DNA of 64,000 nucleotides from an uncultured Sutterella sp. (GTDB lineage Bacteria; Pseudomonadota; Gammaproteobacteria; Burkholderiales; Burkholderiaceae_F): NCBI GenBank assembly GCA_905213905.1, contig CAJMKD010000007.1, positions 4,388 to 68,387 of the forward strand, read 5' to 3'. Shown piece by piece: positions 59,236 to 64,000 of this stretch (position 1 is its first letter; each line of letters starts with the position of its first letter). The notes under the pieces were generated by a model. It saw only the letters and a program-made list of their open reading frames with translations, ran no database searches and was not told where the DNA came from. The position numbers and the translations under genes were made by a program.

Positions 59236-60006
59236 ATGGCTACATCCAAGAAAATTGCGGCGCTTGCCGCCGTCCTCTCCCTTTGCACCTCCTTCGGCGC
59301 CGCTGCGCTTGAAACGCTACGCGTCGGGAGCCTCACTGTTTATCCGCCCTTTGAATACCTTGACTCCTCAACGGGTCGGTACGAAGGCTTCGACATGGAT
59401 CTGATCCGCGAAGTCGGCAAGCGTGAAGGCTTTCAGATCGAAATCGTTTCCATGTCGCTCGACGGCCTCATCCCCGCGCTCATGAGCGGCAACATTGATG
59501 CGGCTGTCTCTGCGCTCACGATCACGCCTGAGCGCGCCGCGCGCGTCGACTTCACGAAGCCCTATCTCAATGCCGGGCTCACCGTGATGACGACGAAGGA
59601 CAACGCCTCTGCCATTCAGAGCCTGAAGGATCTCGAGGGGAAGACGCTCTGCGCGGAAATCGGCTCCTCGGGCGCGCTCGTCATGAAGCGCATTCCGGGC
59701 ACGACGATCCGCACATTCAATTCCGCTGCCGACGCCTTTCTGGAACTCAACAAAGGCGGCTGCTACGCAATGCTCAACGACGGCCCCGTCAACCGCTACT
59801 TCCTCAAGCAGCGTGCCGCCAAGAGCATGAATCTCACGGCGCTCGACTTCATCGTCTCGGACGATTTCTACGGGTTTGCGGTTCAAAAGGGCAACAAGGC
59901 GCTTCTTGAGCGGCTCGACCGTTCGCTTGAGGCGATCAAGGCCGACGGCACCTTCGATCAGATCTACGAAAAGTGGTTCGGCAAAACCGAGACCGCTCAG
60001 AAATAA
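59236..60006 (+). CDS. Amino-acid ABC transporter substrate-binding protein (SBP family 3), orphan
   Basis: 256 aa; signal peptide; SBP_bac_3 motifs (GFDMDLIREVGKREGF...VDFTKPY); no permease/ATPase genes adjacent. Confidence 0.85.
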   Translation: MATSKKIAALAAVLSLCTSFGAAALETLRVGSLTVYPPFEYLDSSTGRYEGFDMDLIREVGKREGFQIEIVSMSLDGLIPALMSGNIDAAVSALTITPERAARVDFTKPYLNAGLTVMTTKDNASAIQSLKDLEGKTLCAEIGSSGALVMKRIPGTTIRTFNSAADAFLELNKGGCYAMLNDGPVNRYFLKQRAAKSMNLTALDFIVSDDFYGFAVQKGNKALLERLDRSLEAIKADGTFDQIYEKWFGKTETAQK

Positions 60007-60254
60007 GTCCCGGCACGGAGCGCAGCTCGCTCTTCGGATGAAGGCGCTGCGCTCGCGCTTGGCGAGGCTTCTCAAACGCCTTTACAGGCATTGGCCGGCC
60101 GCTTGCCGCACGGCTGAAGGCGCCGCGACCTCGAAGCACGGCGCTTTCTCATTTGGAGGAAAGGGGCGTTCCGAGGTAAGATCCTCGCTCTTCATGCATT
60201 AAGAATCACGCGCGGCGGCTTTGCGAGGCCGCCCGGAACGCCGTAACGACCCAA

Positions 60255-60914
60255 ATGACCGATTCCTTCAACGTAGAGAACATGCCGACCCAACCGCAGG
60301 CGAGCGCCCGCACGCCTCTCATTCGCGTGCCACGTCAGCGCCGCGTCCACCGCGATCGACGCACGGACATTCTGCAGACGCTTGCCGTGCTCCTCGAGGA
60401 TCCGCACTGCGACCGCATCACCACGTCGCTCATCGCCAAGCGGCTCGATCTCTCGGAAGCGGCGCTCTACCGGAGCTTTTCATCCAAGGGCGCGATGTTC
60501 GACGGCCTGATTGAGTTCATCGAATCGACGCTTCTGAATCTCTTCGCTGAAATCCGCGCCAACGAGACGCTCTCGCACGTGACGAAGATTCAGGTGATGA
60601 CGAACGTGATGCTCGACTTTGCTGACAAGAACCGCGGGCTCACGCGCATCATGACCGGGCAGGTGCTCATGAAGGAGGATCCGAAGCTCACCGAGCGCAT
60701 GACGCACGTGATCGAGAGCCTTGAGACAGGGCTGAGGCAGGCATTCCGTGAAGCCGTGCTCGCGGGCGAGCTTCCCGCCGACTTTAATTCGAATGCCCGT
60801 GCCAACCTCATCATGAATTGGGTTACGGGCCGCTGGCTGCGCTTTGTCCTCACGGGCTTTCGCACGCGTCCGAACGGCGTGACCGCGGTGACGCTCGAGC
60901 CTTTCTTCTCCTGA
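60255..60914 (+). CDS. slmA: Nucleoid occlusion factor SlmA (TetR family)
   Basis: 219 aa; strong match to E. coli SlmA N-terminal HTH region (RRTDILQTLAVLLEDPHCDRITTSLIAKRLDLSEAALYRSFSSKGAMFDGLIEFIE versus RREEILQSLALMLES...[37 protein letters not shown]). Confidence 0.85.
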   Translation: MTDSFNVENMPTQPQASARTPLIRVPRQRRVHRDRRTDILQTLAVLLEDPHCDRITTSLIAKRLDLSEAALYRSFSSKGAMFDGLIEFIESTLLNLFAEIRANETLSHVTKIQVMTNVMLDFADKNRGLTRIMTGQVLMKEDPKLTERMTHVIESLETGLRQAFREAVLAGELPADFNSNARANLIMNWVTGRWLRFVLTGFRTRPNGVTAVTLEPFFS

Positions 60915-61150
60915 AAAGCGAGCAGCCCGAAAGCCGGTCTCCGGCATCTGCTTTTCTGCTGCGGCAGCATGAAGGTTCGCGACAAGCGCTTGAGGACGCT
61001 TCAGCGTGCGACGAAGCCGCATGACTCTCGACTTTCGTCTTTTTTCGCATAGGAAGCCTCAGCCGAGGCTTCGCTCGGACGAGAAGCCAAAGTGCGCGGG
61101 CGGAAGCATCTCACCTCGCGGGCGCGCTTTTCTTCGGTTTGGCGCTCCAG

Positions 61151-61191
61151 AAAAAAAAGCCGCGCTGCCCATCGGGCCGGCGCGGCTTTTT
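61151..61191. terminator. Bidirectional intrinsic terminator between slmA and ppsR
   Basis: A8-AGCCGCGC-tgcccatcgggccg-GCGCGGCT-T5: hairpin flanked by an A-run and a T-run between convergent genes. Confidence 0.65.
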
Positions 61192-61208
61192 GCCAGTGTT
61201 CTCTTTTC

Positions 61209-62051
61209 TCAGGCCTTTCGCTTGTCGAGGCCGAGCTCGCTCATGATGGTGGCGGAGATTTCTTCAATGGACTTCGTCGTCGAATTGAGCCAGCGAATGC
61301 CCTCGCGGCGCATCAGGCTTTCGGCGTCGGCGATTTCCTTCTCGCAGTTCGCAAGGCTCGCATAGCGGCTGCCCGGGCGGCGCTCGTTGCGGATTTCCGA
61401 GAGGCGCTCCGGCGAAATCGACAGGCCGAAGAGCTTGCTGCGCAGCGGGATCAATGCGTCGGGGAGGGCGCCGCGCTCGAAGTCTTCCGGGATGAGCGGA
61501 TAGTTTGCAACCTTGATGCCGAACTGCATCGCAAGAAAGAGCGAGGTGGGCGTTTTGCCGGAGCGGGATACGCCGACGAGGATGACGTCAGCTTCGTCGA
61601 GCCCGCGATTCGTCTGGCCGTCGTCGTGCGTGAGCGTGTAGTCGATGGCAGCAATGCGGCGATTGTATTTTTCGTCGTCGCGGATCTTGTGCGTCTGGCC
61701 GATCGAATGCGCGCTCTTCATGCCGAATTCGGTTTCGAGCGGACCGACAAACTTGCGGAAGAGGTCGATGATGTGGCCGGAGACGAGTTCGTTGAAGCTG
61801 CGCATGATGTCGGGCTCGACGAACGTCGTGAAGATGATCGGGCGCGTGCCTTCTTCCTTTTCCACCGCATTGATGCGGCGCGCGGTGTCGATCGCCTTTT
61901 CAACGGTGTTGACGAAAGGGATGCGCGTCTGGTGATAACGCAGGTCGGGGAACTGCGTCATGATGGAGTGCGCAAGGGTTTCGGCGGTAATGGCGGTGCC
62001 GTCGCTCACAATGAAAATCTGACGCGTCTTGGCTGTCGTCGGTTCGGTCAT
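61209..62051 (-). CDS. ppsR: Phosphoenolpyruvate synthase regulatory protein (PEP synthase kinase/pyrophosphorylase, DUF299)
   Basis: 280 aa; conserved N-terminus IFIVSDGTAITAETLAHSIMTQF and P-loop GVSRSGKTPTS; divergent from ppsA. Confidence 0.9.
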   Translation of the reverse strand: MTEPTTAKTRQIFIVSDGTAITAETLAHSIMTQFPDLRYHQTRIPFVNTVEKAIDTARRINAVEKEEGTRPIIFTTFVEPDIMRSFNELVSGHIIDLFRKFVGPLETEFGMKSAHSIGQTHKIRDDEKYNRRIAAIDYTLTHDDGQTNRGLDEADVILVGVSRSGKTPTSLFLAMQFGIKVANYPLIPEDFERGALPDALIPLRSKLFGLSISPERLSEIRNERRPGSRYASLANCEKEIADAESLMRREGIRWLNSTTKSIEEISATIMSELGLDKRKA

Positions 62052-62390
62052 GTAAAGCCTCGGAAAGTATGTCGGGCCTTGGAAATGCTCAGGCTAAGAA
62101 ATGAGAACGGAACGGCATGATAAATGAAGCGGCGCCGATCGGTCGAGCGTTCGCGCCGGTGCGTGAGCGTTTCGGCGCTTTTGGAGCACTTCCGAGCGCA
62201 AAAGTGCCGCGCTTGGGCGCCCGGAGAAGCCCTTCATTGCAGCCGTCTTTGGCGCCGCCATTTGCGGCCGCGCAACTTCTTAGGCGCTTGAGCGGGCAAA
62301 CTCGCTCTCTGCCGAGCGCGCCGTCGGGTTACAATGCCGACGGTTTTCGTATGTCCCGGGGCGTTTCCCCGGAGTCTATTGAGGAAGAAA

Positions 62391-64000
62391 ATGGTACAGG
62401 GTCGTTACGTCTTTCCTTTCAGCCAGCTTCGCATGACCGACGTTGACCGCGTCGGCGGCAAGAATGCGTCGCTCGGCGAACTCCTGAGCCAGCTTACGGC
62501 CGCCGGCATTCGGGTCCCCGACGGGTTCGCCACCACCGCTGAGGCTTTCCGCCTCTTCATTCGCGAAGGCGGGCTCGAAGAGCGCATTCACGAACGTCTC
62601 GCGAATCTCGACGTCGAAGACGTGAAGGCCCTCGCGGCGGCGGGCGCAGAAATCCGCGGCTGGATCGAAGCTGCGCCGTTCCCCGCCGAACTCGAGCGCG
62701 AAATCCGCGAATTCTATGACTGGCTCAAGGACGGCCAGGCCGAGATCTCCGTTGCTGTCCGTTCGTCGGCCACGGCCGAAGACCTTCCCGACGCTTCGTT
62801 CGCCGGCCAGCAGGAAACGGTGCTCAACGTCGTCGGCATCGACGCCGTGCTTGCCCGCATGAAGGAAGTCTTTGCGTCGCTCTACAACGACCGCGCCATT
62901 TCCTATCGCGTTCACAAGGGCTTCACGCACAGCGAAGTCGCGCTTTCCGCCGGCGTGCAGCGCATGTGCCGCTCCGACAAGGGCGCCGCCGGCGTGATGT
63001 TCACGCTCGACACGGAATCGGGCTTTGATCAGGTCGTCTTCATCACGGCTTCCTACGGCCTCGGCGAAACGGTCGTCCAGGGCGCCGTCAATCCCGACGA
63101 GTTCTACGTCTTCAAGCCCACGCTCGAAGCCGGCAAGTTCCCGATCATCCGCAAGACGCTCGGCTCGAAGCTCATCAAGATGGAGTTTGAATCCGACCGT
63201 TCGACGGGCCGCACCGTCCGCACGGTTGATGTTCCTGCCGAAGATCGCCGCCAGTTCGCCATCACCGACGACGATGTGATCGAGCTCGCCAAGTTTGCCC
63301 GCATCATTGAAAAGCACTACGGTCGTCCGATGGACATCGAATGGGGCAAGGACGGCGTTGACGGCAAGATCTACATTCTGCAGGCGCGTCCGGAAACCGT
63401 GAAGTCGCAGCAGAAGTCCGCCGACGTCCAGCTTCGCTACTCGCTCAAGAGCAAGGGCCGCCTTCTCGTTCAGGGCCGCGCCATCGGCCAGAAGATCGGC
63501 CAGGGCACGGTGCGCATTGTTCAGAGCGCTGCTGAAATGGACCGCGTCCAGCCCGGCGACGTGCTCGTGACCGACATGACCGACCCCAACTGGGAGCCGG
63601 TGATGAAGCGTGCTTCGGCCATCGTCACGAACCGCGGCGGCCGCACCTGCCACGCCGCCATCATCGCGCGCGAACTCGGCATTCCGGCTGTTGTGGGCTG
63701 CGGCGATGCGACCGAACGCCTCGTTGAAAACGATCAGGTGACGGTCTCCTGCGCCGAAGGCGACACGGGCAACATCTACGAAGGGCTCCTCGAAGTCGAA
63801 TGCGAAGAAGTCCAGCGCGGCGCGCTGCCTGAAATTCCCGTCAAGATCATGATGAACGTCGGGAATCCGCAGCTTGCCTTTGAATTCCAGTCGATTCCGA
63901 ACAAGGGCGTGGGCCTCGCCCGCCTCGAGTTCGTGATCAACAACATCGGCATCCACCCGAAGGTCATCCTCGAGTACCCGAACGTGCCGGGCGAGCTGCG
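62391..64000 (+). CDS. ppsA: Phosphoenolpyruvate synthase (partial, continues beyond window end)
   Basis: ATG 62391 with RBS GAGGAAGAAA; [31 protein letters not shown]... is a canonical PpsA N-terminus; ORF is open to position 64000. Confidence 0.9.
   Translation, partial: MVQGRYVFPFSQLRMTDVDRVGGKNASLGELLSQLTAAGIRVPDGFATTAEAFRLFIREGGLEERIHERLANLDVEDVKALAAAGAEIRGWIEAAPFPAELEREIREFYDWLKDGQAEISVAVRSSATAEDLPDASFAGQQETVLNVVGIDAVLARMKEVFASLYNDRAISYRVHKGFTHSEVALSAGVQRMCRSDKGAAGVMFTLDTESGFDQVVFITASYGLGETVVQGAVNPDEFYVFKPTLEAGKFPIIRKTLGSKLIKMEFESDRSTGRTVRTVDVPAEDRRQFAITDDDVIELAKFARIIEKHYGRPMDIEWGKDGVDGKIYILQARPETVKSQQKSADVQLRYSLKSKGRLLVQGRAIGQKIGQGTVRIVQSAAEMDRVQPGDVLVTDMTDPNWEPVMKRASAIVTNRGGRTCHAAIIARELGIPAVVGCGDATERLVENDQVTVSCAEGDTGNIYEGLLEVECEEVQRGALPEIPVKIMMNVGNPQLAFEFQSIPNKGVGLARLEFVINNIGIHPKVILEYPNVPGEL

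Overview
64-kb window from a high-GC (about 65-70%) Gram-negative genome. A betaproteobacterial, possibly Sutterellaceae-like, gut organism is an inference from the EarP/EF-P(Arg32) pair, SlmA, the ccm System I operon and a Pmp-like autotransporter. Most of the window is housekeeping: (i) a lipid A/outer-membrane cluster skp-lpxD-fabZ ... lpxA-lpxB-rnhB-trmH, interrupted between fabZ and lpxA by a 4-kb insertion carrying a PEBP-family protein, a LysR regulator and a periplasmic tetraheme flavocytochrome c; (ii) tadA-ldcA; (iii) a hybrid sensor kinase / LysE exporter / LuxR-type response regulator next to an HlyD-AcrB RND efflux pair; (iv) a 1354-aa autotransporter with chlamydial Pmp-type repeats, preceded by an AT-rich promoter region with a 9-C homopolymer; (v) dCMP deaminase, earP-efp, a 1240-aa fused membrane protein with a C-terminal GDYXXLXY domain, an HD hydrolase, pgsA and uvrC; (vi) a complete ccmABCDEFGHI cytochrome c maturation operon; (vii) slmA and divergent ppsR/ppsA (ppsA runs off the window end). 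Accessory or unexplained material: a cytosine-deaminase-like amidohydrolase plus OPRTase-like operon flanked by an AT-rich tandem palindromic repeat and an HTH remnant; two M20 amidohydrolase plus transporter cassettes, one a DUF3100-type cassette preceded by a Ser/Thr/Ala-rich small ORF between two strong intrinsic terminators. No rRNA, tRNA or CRISPR arrays were recognised. Many long ORFs in the six-frame track are antisense shadows typical of high-GC DNA and were not called.
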